Below, one piece after another: positions 47,611 through 61,302 of a DNA stretch of 64,000 bases (positions are counted from its first letter, which is position 1; the number at the start of each line of letters is the position of its first letter). The DNA is taken from contig CM059432.1 of the NCBI GenBank assembly GCA_030390025.1, positions 129,086,001 to 129,150,000 on the forward strand, given 5' to 3'. The notes beneath the pieces were generated by a model. That model was not told the DNA's origin. It did not search any database and saw only the letters and a program-made list of their open reading frames with translations. The translations under genes were made by a program, and so were the position numbers. The DNA is from Squalus acanthias (lineage: Eukaryota).

Positions 47611-49354
47611 GTTGACCCTATTGATTTTAGAGAACATGAAAATATTGTACATACTTGCAACATGTCTATTAATGGTTTGAAATTTCTTTTACTAATGCTA
47701 TATTTGCCATTGTATCAGCTCGTTACTGAAAGAAGTGGCCTCTGGCTTCTTGCCTTGCGGTTTGTGCAGGCACCCATTGATATTGCACTCTGAACATTTA
47801 TCATCTGTGGGGCTTCCTGCTATTCCAGCTCCGTGCAGTTTGTTCAGTGTTTTATTGTTTTGATTCACACTGCTGAGATTATTTGACTTCACGTACACAA
47901 ACAGTGGTTGTTTTCAGAAATGAAAACCAGTCAAACCGCTTGAAACTGGAATCGGCAATCGTGACCGTGCCTGAGGTGGTTCTAGATGTGATCGCAGTGC
48001 CAATCCAATCTGTGCAAAGAGAAGTTTGGTTAAGTTTTTTTCATGCGAGCATACAGAAAGCAGATAGTGATGTATCTCAACTAAATGGCAACTGGATCAT
48101 TGGGCATAGTTCCTTCTACTTTCATTGTTAGAGTTGATAATATTTTAGCATTGAGATTTTTTTTATTAAATAAATTTTAAACAAGCTATAGACAGATACA
48201 GCAGCTATCTGCTCAGTACATTTTGATATTAGCCATCAAATTAAAGCATATAAATGGTTGTTTGGGAGTATTCCCATGTGCTTTATACATGGCAGCAAGC
48301 AGATAGTGGGGAGTCTGTTGGAGTTACAAGGAATGACGTTTTTCTTTCAGTCTCCCAAGCCCCCAAATGCCATTCGAACCAAACAGCTGAAGTCCGTTCC
48401 CACCGAGGACAGGCCTTCAGTCATACCCAGGGCTGATAACACTGAGCAAACCCGAGATGTGTGATTATCTGTTGTGAGCTGTATCCCTGAGGTGTTCACT
48501 TGCACCAAGAACATAAACGTGTTTAAAAGTAACAAGCTGTGAGCTGTGGGGGCATTCTTTCCTTTTCCTAATCCTTTATTCCCAGTCTTTCTCTTTTTCT
48601 CCACCTGGCTATAGGAAGTACATCTTTTTTTTTCTTGTTTTGCTTTTCTGTATAGCAAAGGAAGGTAAAAGACAGTTATGGAGGCTGGGCTCTCCCAGAA
48701 TTCATAGTGATGGTGAAAGCCCTGTATTAAAACTGTAAGGCCTGTAGTTACAATAAAGGGATTTTTCTATTGATCTGAATACTGGGATAGCTCCCACCTC
48801 CATCTTGCCTTCTCTTGTAATTCACTGTGACCAACCATTGGTGTTGCTGATACAGACCAATATCGAGAGATACTGGTGTAAGATACCACAAACCTCAAAT
48901 TAAATGACAGATGGTCTTGCTCTTCCATGTGAGATTCCTGACAAATTGGGCTGCAACGAAGAGATGAGCTAAATGGGCAGAATCTCCCTTACCTGCACTT
49001 ATCTTTATAATCTTTATTTTTTTAATCTTTGGTGGGCCCGGTTTTGGGGGGCGAAGAGCCTGTTATAGCTGGCGTGGTTATTGAAAAAATGAGAAATTAA
49101 GATGGGTTGGAAATTTCAAATGTCAATCCTAATCATCAATTCTGCTTATTCGGCAGTATAGATTTACCATCAGTGGTGAGTTGTTTTAATCTAGTAATTT
49201 CTGTTGTCACCTAGTAAATCACGCTTCCAATATTAGGCAGAGCACTTGCACAGAAAGGCATATTTAGCTCTAGATCCCTTGTTTAGTTGAAACTTTATCA
49301 TTCATTAATAGCAGTATACAAGTGAGAAATGAGCCATGCTGCAACCCAATACTG

Positions 49355-49660
49355 TTTCCTCTGGTGGGGAAACCAGAACAAGAAGGCATAATACTAAAAT
49401 TAGAGCTATTTAAGAGTGAAATCGGGAAGCACATTTTCACACAAAGGTTAGTGTAAATCTGGAACGCTCTCCACCAAAAGGCTGTGGAAGGCTGGGTAAA
49501 TTGAAATGTTTAAGACTGAGAGCGCTAGATTGCGATTGGGTAAGGTTATCAAGGGATATGGAGCAAAGGTGGGCAAATGGAGTTGGCGTACCGATCAGCC
49601 ATGATCTAATTGAATGGCAGAACAGGCCGGTGGGGCTGAATGGTCTACTCCTGTTCCAAT
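49355..49660 (+). mobile_element. Degenerate CR1 3' fragment
   Basis: ttcacacaaaggttagtgtaaatctggaac...gatcagccatgatctaattgaatggc...tactcctgttcc. Confidence 0.75.
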
Positions 49661-50099
49661 GTCTCAAACTTTGCAATTTTGAGATTTCAGGAATGCCAAA
49701 ATTGTACCCAGAATGGTCACGATTTTATGCCAATTTGTCACCTTAGAAAATGATTGCTTCCATGCTCAGAAGAAAATAAGCTTGTGTGCTGTGGTTAATA
49801 ATAGCAGTTGACAATGACTCGCTTCCCTGTGTGGTTGGAGCCATAAAAGTATTTTTGTAAAATACTTGACTGTTAGCAGCTCTTGACACATTGGTAGAGT
49901 TTAACAGGGTTGCATTTATATTCAACCTCTTAAATTAAACATGTCGTGAAAGGTGTTATATAAATGCAAGTTTGTTTTGTCTTTCTGTAAGCTCCTCCCA
50001 GCATAGTGACCCACCACTGACTATGAAGGACAATGACAAGTACAAAGCTAACATGATAACTAGTAAGCAAGGCCTACCCCCTCCCCGCTATTACCAAAA

Positions 50100-50547
50100 A
50101 AGAAAAAGAAAGACTTGCATTTATATAGTGACGTTCACGTCCTCCGGTCATCCCAAAGTGCTTTACAGCCAATGAAGTACTTTGTAATGTAGGAAACGTG
50201 GCAGCCAATTTGTGCGCAGCAAGCTCCCACAAACAGCAATGTGATGATGACCAGATGATCTGTTTTAGTGATGTTGATTGAGGGATAAATATTGGCTGGG
50301 ACACCGGGTATAACTCCCTTGATCTTTTTCAAAATAGTGCCATGAGATCTTTTACCTCCACCTGAGAAGGCAGACGGGGCCGCGGTTTAACGTCTCGTCT
50401 GAAAGACAGGCACCTCTGACAGTGCAGCGCTCCCTCAGTACTGCACTGGAGTATTAGTCTAGATTTTTGTGCTCAAGTCCCTGAAGTGGGACTTGAACCC
50501 ACAACCTTCTGACTCAGAGGCGAAAGTGTGAGCCACAGCTGACACTG
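50100..50547 (-). mobile_element. Deu-domain SINE, near full length with tRNA-like head
   Basis: Reverse complement has a B-box-like gggttcaagtccc, the Deu core and the L2-like tail. Confidence 0.9.
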
Positions 50548-51984
50548 ACCAACTGATCCCCAGAGACCAAGAACTGGCTAGTTCCCTCAACCCTTTGACC
50601 CACATTGCTCCCAGCGCTGGCACATTCACGCCAAGAAACCTCAATATATCAACACTCTCTGTCGACAAGCATCATGCAATCAACATGTACAATGACTTCA
50701 TAAAACAGGTATCAATCTGCATTTTTGAGGACTCAATATAAATGAATTATTTAAAAAGGAAACTCTATGGCTGAAGAACAGCAGATGGCTACATCTCAAT
50801 ACACTTTACACATGGGCATTCGGCTTGTCTAAGCTCACACATGAAGAAGGCCCACTAGAGTGAGATACAGGAGGGCCAGCGGCACTCCTGGAACCAGCCC
50901 CCAGCAAGGGAGGTTGGAAAGAAACCGGTGGGAATTTGGAAAGGTGGAACAAATTCCTTACAGGCTCACAACCCAAATGCCTTAAAAAGTGCCACCAAAG
51001 AGCCCCTCTCCCTGAATAAATAAGCTCCCATAAGAATCATTTGAAACCTTCTCACTTCATTCATGAACCTAGATAAAGCATGGCGCAACATTTGTACGTG
51101 TGCAGGGTGCATTCATTTCACTTGAATCTCCCTGCAATGGTGACACTTCTTCGCTTGTTCTTCTGTCACTTCATAATATCACTGACAGAACCAGAATCGC
51201 AAAGATATATAAAATGAACCGTGTGTAGATTTTGCATTTGAGCACTCGAAACAACTGGATTTTATTTTTAAAGTTGACTTTTTCCTTCTTCTTCAGTGTT
51301 CTAAATAGAATAATGGATGACCAGCTGCAGTGCGCAAGTTTTCTCTCCACTGTCGATTAGACAATAACTCACCTTCATAAGTTATCAGATCAGTTCACTG
51401 CTGGATAGAAAAATCATACACCACAAGCCCATTATCCATCATCCTGTATTCCTCCCTGTGAATGCTCAGTGATTTACAACCTAGAGGGTATCATTATGTT
51501 TAGAAATTAGGTTGGGCATGTTTGCTAGAACTGTAATAAATCTGCCGATCTTATACGGAATCTTGCATATATATTTTAGTCCTCTCCCATTCCTTGTTAG
51601 TTTTATTTTGAACCTCTTTACTTGCTCAGAGGTTGAACTAATTTAGTGACAGGCCAGCAGTAAGAATCCCCGAGCATTCTATTCTTTCAATATGTCACTT
51701 TCTCAACCAAGCATTTGACATTTTTGCATACCTCCGTGTTCAGATGACATTCAGGTTAGTGTTTCTTTTATCAGTGGGCACTCGTGCAGCAGTCATATTT
51801 TCTAAACATGGCTGCAAATAGAGGTACCAGTATCCGGTATGAGGAAATCAGTTCATCATAAGCCTCGACCGCAAAGTTGAACAAGTCATTGACAGCACTG
51901 TCAAAGACCTGGCTGAAAAACTCATGAAAAAAACCTGCAACCATTTCAACAATTGAAGACTTCCAGCTTTCTGTGAGGTACTAA

Positions 51985-52270
51985 TCATAGAATCGTAGAA
52001 TGATACAGCACAGAAGGAGGCCATTTGGCCCATCGTGCCTGTGCCGGCTCTTTGAAGCTATCCAATTAGTCCCACTCCCCCTGCTCTTTCCCCATAGCCC
52101 TGCAAAGTTTTCCCCTTCAAGTATATATCCAATTCCCTTTTGAAAGTTATTTGTGAATTTGTTTCCACCACCCGTTCAGGCAGTGCATTCCAGATCACAA
52201 CAACTCGCTGTGTAAAAAATGTTTTCCTCATGTCGCCTCTGGTTCTTTTGCCAATTACCTTAAAATGTGG
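51985..52270 (-). mobile_element. CR1 3' fragment
   Basis: FFTQRVVVIWNALPERVVE...FKRELD and a CR1-type tail. Confidence 0.85.
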
Positions 52271-52366
52271 GCACAACAGGCCTGGAAAGAAAACCAAGTG
52301 CTCGTTCAGAGATTGATTTGCGCTTATCAGTGCAAAGTATTGCCAGTAGAAATGTCATTGTTACAC

Positions 52367-52762
52367 AGACTTGAGCACAAAAATCTAGGCTGACACTCCA
52401 GTGCAGTACTGAGGGAGTGCTGCACTGTCAGAGGTGCCGTCTTTCGGATGAGACGTTAAAACCGAAGCCTTGTCTGCTCCCTCAGGTGGACGTAAAAGAT
52501 CCCATGGCATTATTTCAAAGAAGAGCAGGGGAGTTATCCCCGGTGTCCTGGCCAATATTTATCCCTCAACCAACATAACTAAAACAGATTATCTGGTCAC
52601 TATCACATTACTGTTTGTGGGAGCTTGCTGTGTGCAGATTGACTGCCGCATTTCCTACATTACAACAGTGACTGCACTTCAAAAGTACTTAATTGGCTGT
52701 AAAGCACTTTGGGACGTTCTGTGGTCGTGAAAGGCGCTATATAAATGCAAGTCTTTCTTTTT
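52367..52762 (+). mobile_element. Deu-domain SINE lacking its head
   Basis: Colinear with 18040-18432. Confidence 0.9.
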
Positions 52763-53580
52763 TCTTTATATTTTCAGTGAGGCCTGTATCACTCAGTGCT
52801 CCAGTGTCTGCATCTGTTTGTACGTTTCTGAGACCATAACTGCTAGACAAAACAGACAATGATGGTACAACATGAAAGGAACAGTAAGGTTTATTTTCTA
52901 AATGCCAGAAACTTACGTGAGAATGACAGAAGGTTCTGTGGGATTTAAGTTCATAGTTTCTAGAAACTGGGCTTGAATTCAGCACGGGATCGTGGGATGA
53001 AAGTCTGCTTTCACAGATGTCTGTAAAGAACTTCTGTGAAATGTCTTTGGGAGTCTCAACTGCTGGTGGAGATGAGTCTGCATAACAAAGCCGCCCCTAT
53101 TCTCAATCAAAGAGGGTTGGATGGGAAATGCAAACATACAAAATTGGCGGGCAGGAAAAGACCAGCTGGTCCATCATGCCTGCCCCACACCACGATGGCT
53201 GGACCATCATGACTAAACACACCTTCTCACCCCGCAATCTCACACACACCCCGGCAGCCATGTAATCTCCTGGGAGAGAGAAGCATATCACAGTAATGAT
53301 GTTCTTCCTTAGATTGGGTTATGGCACAGTTGGGGGAAGAGTCTTATTGCAAAGTGGCACCATAAAGGTAGCAGGATTATTTTCTACATTTGCTATTCAT
53401 AACCAAATTGTAAACACATTTCAAAAGAATGCACTTCAGATGTTACCAGGAAGAGAAAACATGGGAGATCTTCCTGTGAGGGTTATATTGCTACACATAG
53501 CGACAAGAGGGAAACTTCCCCCCCACCCCCCGCGCCTCACCCACCCTATCAAGGCAGAGTATACTGGACTTTAATCAATA

Positions 53581-54158
53581 TTTTTAAAAATTCGTTCATG
53601 GGATCTGGGCGTCGCTGGCAAGGCTAGCATTTGTTGCCCATCCCTAATTGCCCTTGAGAAGGTGAGCCGCCACCTTCTTGAACCGCTGCAGTCCGTGTGG
53701 TGAAGGTACTCCCACAGTGCTGTTAGGGAGGGAGTTCCAGGATTTTGACCCAGCGATGATGAAGGAATGGTGATATATTTCCAAGTCAGGATGGTGTGTG
53801 ACTTGGAGGGGATCTTGGAGGTGGTGGTGTTCCCATGTGCCTGCTGCCCTTGTCCTTTTAGGTGGTAGAGGTCGCGGGTTTGGGAGTTGCTGCCGAAGAA
53901 GCCTTGGCGAGTTGCTGCAGTGCATCTTGTAGATGGTACACACTGCAGCCACGGTACGCCAGTGGTGGAGGGAGTGAATGTTTAAGGTGGTGGATGGGGT
54001 TCCAATCAAGCGGGCTGCTTTGTCCTGGATGATGTCGAGCTTCTTGAGTGTTGTTGGAGCTGCACTCATCCAGGCAATTGGAGACTATTCCATCACACTC
54101 CTGACTTGTGCCTTGCAGATGGTGGAAAGGCTTTGGGGAGTCAGGAGGTGAGACACTG
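53581..54158 (-). mobile_element. LINE 3' fragment, same family as 29853-31143
   Basis: LKKLDIIQDKAARLIG...SWNSLPNSTVG...LKGN; A-rich tail. Confidence 0.92.
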
Positions 54159-55734
54159 GTTCTTGCAATCCTATGCTCAATACTAACACTAAAAGTGAAC
54201 TAGTGTTCTGCTCCCCAATACTGAAGTCATTAACCTTGGTGTGCACATAAATTTATTCAGAAAGCATTTGAAAAAAGTATACCACTGACCGATCAATCAA
54301 CACACTGAATCCTGGCTCCAAGTTGCTAAGTGCATAGTTGCTATGGTATTGCAACTTACACTGGAAAATTCTTTTTTATGCTGCAGGATGGCACATACTG
54401 CAGTGTGTGACTGAACGCCAGCCAATTACATCGTGCCTAGAACAAATATTAAGTGCCCACTAATTATACAAGTGCTATAAATGAACGCGTTCTTCAAAAT
54501 ACAGCATAAGTGTGGCTTTCAGAGGGAAGAACGCAACACAGTCGAAGCAGAGTGTGAGAACTTGAGGTGGATTTCCTCACGAAGGAAGTAATCACATGAC
54601 CTACAACCTTGTTTGAGGCATCTTTCTAAGTTTCCAAAACTACCAAAGGGGCCTTTAGGCACGGATGAAAATTGCCATCAGAACCAACAGAAAGTTCTGA
54701 TTCAGAAACGTAGGCCAAAAACCTAGAAGAAAAAATGGTTAAAAATAGGGGAACATGGGGCACCTTTTCGTGTGACTGCTTCCATCAGGCGGGAGGTGGG
54801 CCAAGCGAGCCGAGGGAGCAGTTCGAGGCCTGAACCGTTATCATGGTCGGGGCCCCATTAGCATTTCATCAGCGAGCTGCTCGTGTTTTCAGAGCAGTTT
54901 TCTCCAGAGTAAAAAGATTCCATTATGTTCGTGAACCCTGATACCCCTATGTTTAATGTTTGTAAAGCTCTGCAATAATAGACTATTTCCCCTCGCATTT
55001 AGCTTTCTGCATTTGGTCCTATCTGTTTAGAATCAATGGCCAGCACTATGTTGCTCCAATGTTAAAGAGTGAAGCGGCGCAGCTCCTGAATTCTTGTAAG
55101 GCGCGCAGATTGATTGCTTTGGCTCTGATGGTAGTTTTCAGTATGACTCACCTAACAAGTGAACTTGATCCCGAGGAGGAGAGAACAACTACCGTCCTGA
55201 CAACTATCTCTGTTTTTGCTACAACAAACCTTGATGGATTTCTTGGCGTTGGTTCAATTTCTACGCGCAACAAATGAAAAAGAAATGCGGCATGCGACAC
55301 AAAGTGTGTTACTGCTGTCCGTTCACACACAGTATATGCGAATTGGTGTCACCTTGGTAGCATGCTTACCTCGGAAAGTTTGAGCTCTCATTTGGTTATG
55401 GCTCCAGTGCAGTACTGCGAGAATGCTGTACTTTTGGGGGCGCTACCCTTCAGGTGAATTGTTCAACCAATGTCCCATCTTGTCTGTTCAGGTGGATATT
55501 AAAAGATTTCCCTTTGGGAAGTCTGGGAATCGCTCAGGCATGATCCTGATGGGGGTGGGGGCAGGGGAGGTCAACAAGCAGCAGATCTGAATGGAAAGGT
55601 GCACGACAAATGGAGCAGAATCCCAGTGGGAACCACGTTCTGCCCCAAATTCCTGCTCCCCACCCAACTCGCCCTCTCTGGGCTCAAAGAGTTTCAGAGC
55701 CAGAGAATTTAAAATACCAGCCCATGGTCAGATT

Positions 55735-56090
55735 GAATGTTAAAAATTATAAGGGGTCTTTATAGAGTACGTAAGGAGAAACGGTTTCCACCGGCAGGAG
55801 GGTCAGTAACCAGAGGACATAGATGTAAGGTCATTGGCAAAAAATCCAGAGGGGGAAATGAGGAGAATTTTTTTTACACTGCGCTGTTGTGATCTGGAAT
55901 CCACTTTTTGAAAAGGTGGTGGAAGCAGATTCAATAGTAACTTTCAAAAGGGGATCGGATACATACTTAAAAAGGAGAAATTTGCAGGGCTATGGGGAAG
56001 CGCAGGTGAGTGAGACTAATCGGATAGCTCTTTCAAAGAGACTGCAAAGGCACGATGAGCCGAATGGTCTCCTTCTGTGCTGTATGATTC
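55735..56090 (+). mobile_element. CR1 3' fragment
   Basis: IWNPLFEKVVEADSIVTFKR; tail homologous to the 51985 copy. Confidence 0.8.
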
Positions 56091-56504
56091 AGTGGTGAGC
56101 ATGAAAAATGAAGAATGCAGGTACCACTAAAGAATTTGCCACTCGTGTCAGATGAACACCACCACATTTTTTCACTCTTTACTCTGCGGAGATCATAGAG
56201 GGAAATCTCTCCCTTAATGAATATGACTGAGATAACATGACAAGACTAGACTTGTTGGATCTGTGCTTATTTTAAAAGTGGAAACTACAAAGGGCAGAAA
56301 CACACTAGCTGTGAGTTTCCTCAGAGCTGGTCCCATTTCGACATCGTAACTTCGCCGGAAGAGGGTCAGAAACCCCCTTTTCTGCTTAGTGGGGGGAGGG
56401 GGATGGAGGGGTTGTAAACAGACTCAGTTGTGAGAGTTATCTGTAACTTATTTGTTCCTGAGTGGGTAAGGGTTGGTGTGATTTGTTTTTGCTCGTAAGA
56501 AATA

Positions 56505-56765
56505 TGAAACATAAGAAATAGGAGCAGGAGTAGGCCATTTTGTCCCTCGAGCCTGCTTCGCCATTCAATAAAATCATGGTTGATCTGGTCTTGGCCTCAA
56601 CTCCACTTTCCCGCCCACTCCCCATAACCCTTGACTCCCCTGTCTGTCTATCTCCGCCTTGAATATATTCAATGACTCCGCTTCCACAGCTCTCTGGGGT
56701 AGAGAATTCCAAAGATTCACGACCCTCTGAGAGAAGAAATTCCTCCTCATCTCTGTTTTAAATGC
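56505..56765 (-). mobile_element. CR1 3' fragment
   Basis: Matches the CR1-b 3' end. Confidence 0.85.
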
Positions 56766-58125
56766 TCAGCAGTTGGAAGTGTGGAGCTGTATTTCTGTTC
56801 ATCTGGAATTCTTCTTTATTTTTCTTTAATTACTACATTGCACTCTCCTTTCCCAGGCCACCAAGGAGTGGTTTTCCAACTCGCAGAATGTAATACTCAC
56901 TTGTAATTAAGGAGTGCTGCATTTTGAGTTCATACAATTTACTTTTACTTGGAAAACGTGTTCGCCTGGCCTACTGCTACTAGACTGCACTCACATTTTT
57001 TTTTGATGGACTTATTTCGGTTAACTAAGAGGTTAATGTTAGATGACAGCCTCACTGTAGTCAACGTGTCACGTAACGTTACGGTCAGCATTACCTACAG
57101 TTGCAGTACCTTTAGAATCCTGAGACCACGCGTCATTTTTAATATATAATAGATAAAAGGCCAGGAATTTAATCGTAGTTGCTCCTGCTCGGTTGCTGTA
57201 ACTTCATTGGAATTCCACTTGGTACGACTCCAAATTGGCTCAATGGAACTTATGCTTGTTGAGGGCAGGTGCAGGTTCCGTTATGGGCTTCCTGTAAACT
57301 GCAATCCATTACTAGAATAAGGTAATTGCTCCTGCAGGTATTGGCAAGTACAGTGTGAACCTGTTGGTCTGGACAATGCTAAGCATTCCTTCCCTGAGAT
57401 GAAATGCTTCACAATCCTATGGCGCACTGACTGACAGCCCAGTTGAGAACCAACAAAACCAAGGTAAATGAGACAGCCCGAGGATTCAAACTCATGACCA
57501 TCTAGGTTGAAGGGTCAAAGAGGTCAACTGGAAAAATGTTGAAATATTTTAGACACGACAACCAAAAGAGGCTTAAACACAACCACTTTCAAATGAATTC
57601 AATTGGCCACGAATATTCAATCTCATTTTGAGTGGTGCTGAAGTACACGAGTGTTTATAGAAACTATATCAGATACAGTCCAGTGACTTTCACCTGTGAT
57701 TACTGTGCATTCCAGTAAAATCAGCTTTGTCTATCCCTGCTCCCTGCACCAGAATCGCACCTGCTCTAATTCTTTGTGCTTAATCGAGAGGAAAGAAAAG
57801 ACACACATTAGCTATCTTCTTAGATACACCTTCTAGATACCTCGAGTAGATAGGCAGCCAAGCATCTTTAACACTATCTTCATGCACCGATGCCATCCGT
57901 AGTTTATACTTTTACAAAAGGAAACATCTTCATTATAAACCTTCTGTTAATCAAAACATGCAGTTGCTTGGAAGTAAGGAATGCACCCAACTATGCATCT
58001 TTTGGCGAGCCCTGGAAGTTCATCAGAAAGTTGAAACTATTCAGGTAGGCATTTTCTATCGTGCAATGTCCAATTAAAAATGTGTTCTTATTCTGTAAGT
58101 ATGTACTGTTGAATATAAAAAAGTA

Positions 58126-58329
58126 GGCCCTGAATTATGGCATGGAATACTAGCACCTTCATCTGAAAGCATCTAAAGCATTCATCCGAAATTTCTTTCT
58201 CTGCTAATTTAGTGGAGGCTTTAATCTATTTAAAATAAACGGGTTAACGCTGAAATAGCAGAGAAAGGGACTTCAGATGTACATGTTAAGCATTTGTACG
58301 CTAGTGTCCTACAGCGTAATTTCAGGGCA
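58126..58329. mobile_element. Short palindromic MITE (~200 bp)
   Basis: Ends ggccctgaattatg / cgtaatttcagggca, inner arms tttctctgcta / tagcagagaaa, flanks gta / tta. Confidence 0.6.
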
Positions 58330-58405
58330 TTAGAGTTTGACAAATGCTTCTGAGGTTCTCAAAGGGTTCATCCCGAGCAGATTAAGATAAAAACAGAGAC
58401 ACTGA

Positions 58406-59032
58406 GGGCAATTTTTTGTCTGCCTACCACTCCATTTATGCTGGAAAATGGGATGGGAAGCCGACAATTTATTTTTATAAACCCTACTGCCTGAGGCCCG
58501 CCCAACCCAATTTTCAAGCAGGCCTCGAGGTGGACAGTTAGTGCTCCCGCCCGCAACACGCAGGAGCCCGATTAAAGTATGTAAAATGGAGTCCTTTGCC
58601 GGTTGGAGGACCCTGACACTATTTACAAGTACCAATGGGCGTAGTGGCCGAACCAGCGGTCCTTAAAGGCCATTCCAAAAAGTGCTTCACTGAATCCCGT
58701 GGCACCGAATTTTGTAATGGCTTGGAGGGGAAAGAACAAGTGCTCCTGCTGGCCCCGCAAAAATCGTCCCACCCACTAGCGGCCTCCCCTCCCCCACCCC
58801 ACCCCAGTTAATTTCTGATTTCCAGCTTGGCTCCGCAGATGAGCAGATTTCCCAGCCCCGCTCTCCCCGATCAGCGAGCTGCCTGTCAGCACCCATTGAG
58901 CACCAGCAGCTCGCTGGAGTTATGCAGAGGAAGCCCAGCCATGAAAATGCTTCGGGCCTCCCACTTGTTACATCGGGCGGTCGGGACAATCGCTTCACCC
59001 ATCGCCCGCCCCTGAATCCAAAAATCGGCTTC
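58406..59032. mobile_element. Degenerate Harbinger-like MITE
   Basis: GC-rich body sharing motifs with 26219-26560; ends degenerate. Confidence 0.4.
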
Positions 59033-59205
59033 ATTTTGGTTTTAGGTTAGTAAATAAAGAGTTCCTTAAGGATATAAGGCAAAACTGTTCAACTCTTTGC
59101 ATTTTCTCAGCTTTAAAAAGTTACCAATGTTTTACATGTTCATTTTTATCCAAATAACTCGTTGTGATATCAGACTCATTTGTTAAATCAAATACTCCAC
59201 ACCTT

Positions 59206-59655
59206 GGCCTGGATATTAACAGGGGGGCGGAGTTTCGGACGGGAAACCGTGTTGTGGAGTTTTAACACCGCAGCGTTCATCTTTTGGCCCTGACAGGTTC
59301 CTTGCCTGGAAGTCAACCAATTGAGAGGCAGGTCCTATCCCGGGAGTTTTACCATCCCCGACCCCGGGGGGTCTTTGTATTGGGGGTCTGATGGGGAGAG
59401 CATGAGGGGGGAGGTGGGGGGGGCCGTGGGGAAACACTCCTGCTCCTCCTGGCCCACAAGCAGTGCTGTAAAGGCACTTACCTTCTCCCCGAAGCCAACC
59501 CGCCTCCTGGGAGCGGTCAGCTGCCTGCCCCCCTGTCCCGCCTCCGTTAAACCGGAAGAAGCGGGTTGGAGGCGGGTCGGGATTGAGATTTGTTTAGAAT
59601 TTGAACCACTGAACAGAACCCAAGCCACCCGTTTTTGAGGGCTAAAATCCAGCCC
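59206..59655. mobile_element. Harbinger-type MITE (450 bp)
   Basis: TIRs ggcctggatatt / aaaatccagccc and TSD CTT (59203-59205 / 59656-59658). Confidence 0.88.
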
Positions 59656-60119
59656 CTTAAGTCAGATTGAGTTCTACACTGAGCAGGCTACGATTGAAGA
59701 TCTTGGTTTGATGAAAACATACATAATATATATGTCAGATGCTGATCGTGTAAATAAATATTTTACGTGAATCAGTGGTTGGAAATTATTTTCTGAGAAA
59801 TTGTATAAATGCAGGACAGATAATATTACAATTAAAATTCAAACCAATATGTAATATATTGAAACCAGTATGAAATATGACTAGATTCATCTGTAAATTC
59901 TCCAGTGCTTCCTCTTACAAGCAGCGTTGGAATAAGAAGCAGGTCAAGTGGTAGTTGCTTGATTCCCAGGGAGCCAGGTCATGCGATCAAGCCCTAGAGC
60001 GACCTGTCACTCAGAGTTTGCTGCTTCATCTGGAAAGGTTTTGTCGGCTCTCAGCTGGGATGCTCCATGGACCACTGCCTGGAGTGAGGCTTTTTATTGA
60101 GAGGCTTGGTGGGGTGGAG

Positions 60120-60560
60120 AAAGAAAAGAAAGAAAGAAAGTAAGAAAGAAAAAAGAAAGTAAGACTTGCCTTTCAAGACACCCCAAAGCACTTTACAGCC
60201 AATGAAGTACTTTTGAAGTGCAGTCATTGTTATAATGTAGGAAACACAGCAGCCACAAACAGCAATGTGACAATGACCAGATAATCTGGTTTAGTGATGT
60301 TGGTTGAGGGATGAATATTGGCCAGGACACCGGGGATAACTCCCGGCTCTTCTTTAAAATAAAGCCATGGGATCTTTTACGTCCACCTGAGAGAGCAGAC
60401 GGGGCCTCGGTTTAACGTTTCATCCGACAGTGCAGCACTCCCTTAGTACTACGCTGGACTGTTAGCCTAGATTTTGTGTTCAAGGCTCTGGAGTGGGACT
60501 GTGAACCCACAACCTTCTGACTCAGTGTCGAGAGTGCTAGCTACTGAGGCATGGCTGATA
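60120..60560 (-). mobile_element. Deu-domain SINE with an expanded (CTTT)n tail and small deletions
   Basis: Colinear with 50100-50547. Confidence 0.88.
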
Positions 60561-61302
60561 CTCATGGCAACTCTTGCAGCCTAATCACTGAGTAAGGCTG
60601 ACAGCAATGTATAATTTAAAAGAAATTATCCTAGCTAATCAAAAGTGATGATTAAGAGTGAGAAGATTTGTCTTTTTAGCTATTCTGATATTGGAAGGTA
60701 CGTTCACATTTAAAAATTCAGCGCTGTTAATATGATTGCCGCATATCCGCACAAATCAATTATTTGCCACAAGAGTATCAGAATTGACACATAGAATGCA
60801 AGGCAATGCTTTCATACCTACAAGAATATAGGCGTCGAACATAATCAATGTGAGGAAGTGTGTAACAAGAAAAGGCCATTCACCCATTTAGCCCAGTGTG
60901 GGCTCCGTCCAACCCATTCAATCTCCTGTTTGAGCTGTCCAGACCTCCCTTTGAATCCTGATTTCCCTTTAACACCTGATGGCCGCTGCAATTGTCATGG
61001 TTGGTCTCTTCAACCACAAGCCTTTCGGTTTAGTGGCATAGATTGAAGGCCTGGCCTGAATGTGTCTAACTAAAGTTAATAATACCAGCCTCCATTCCCC
61101 CTACATTGCTGTTTTAAATCTATCAGTGTAAAGCATTTATCACAAAGTGAAACCTTTGGTGCAGTTTGAGAACTGGCATAAAGACTCACCCAAAGCCATC
61201 TTAACAACCGCGGGTTGAATTTGCATTATGCACTATTATTTATGCAGAACATTAATGTATTTGTATGAAATCAATTATTTGCCACAGGAGTATCACTCAG
61301 TA

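Noticed and set aside
50480..50547. tRNA gene
   Set aside because: It is only the tRNA-derived head of a SINE, continuous with the Deu domain.
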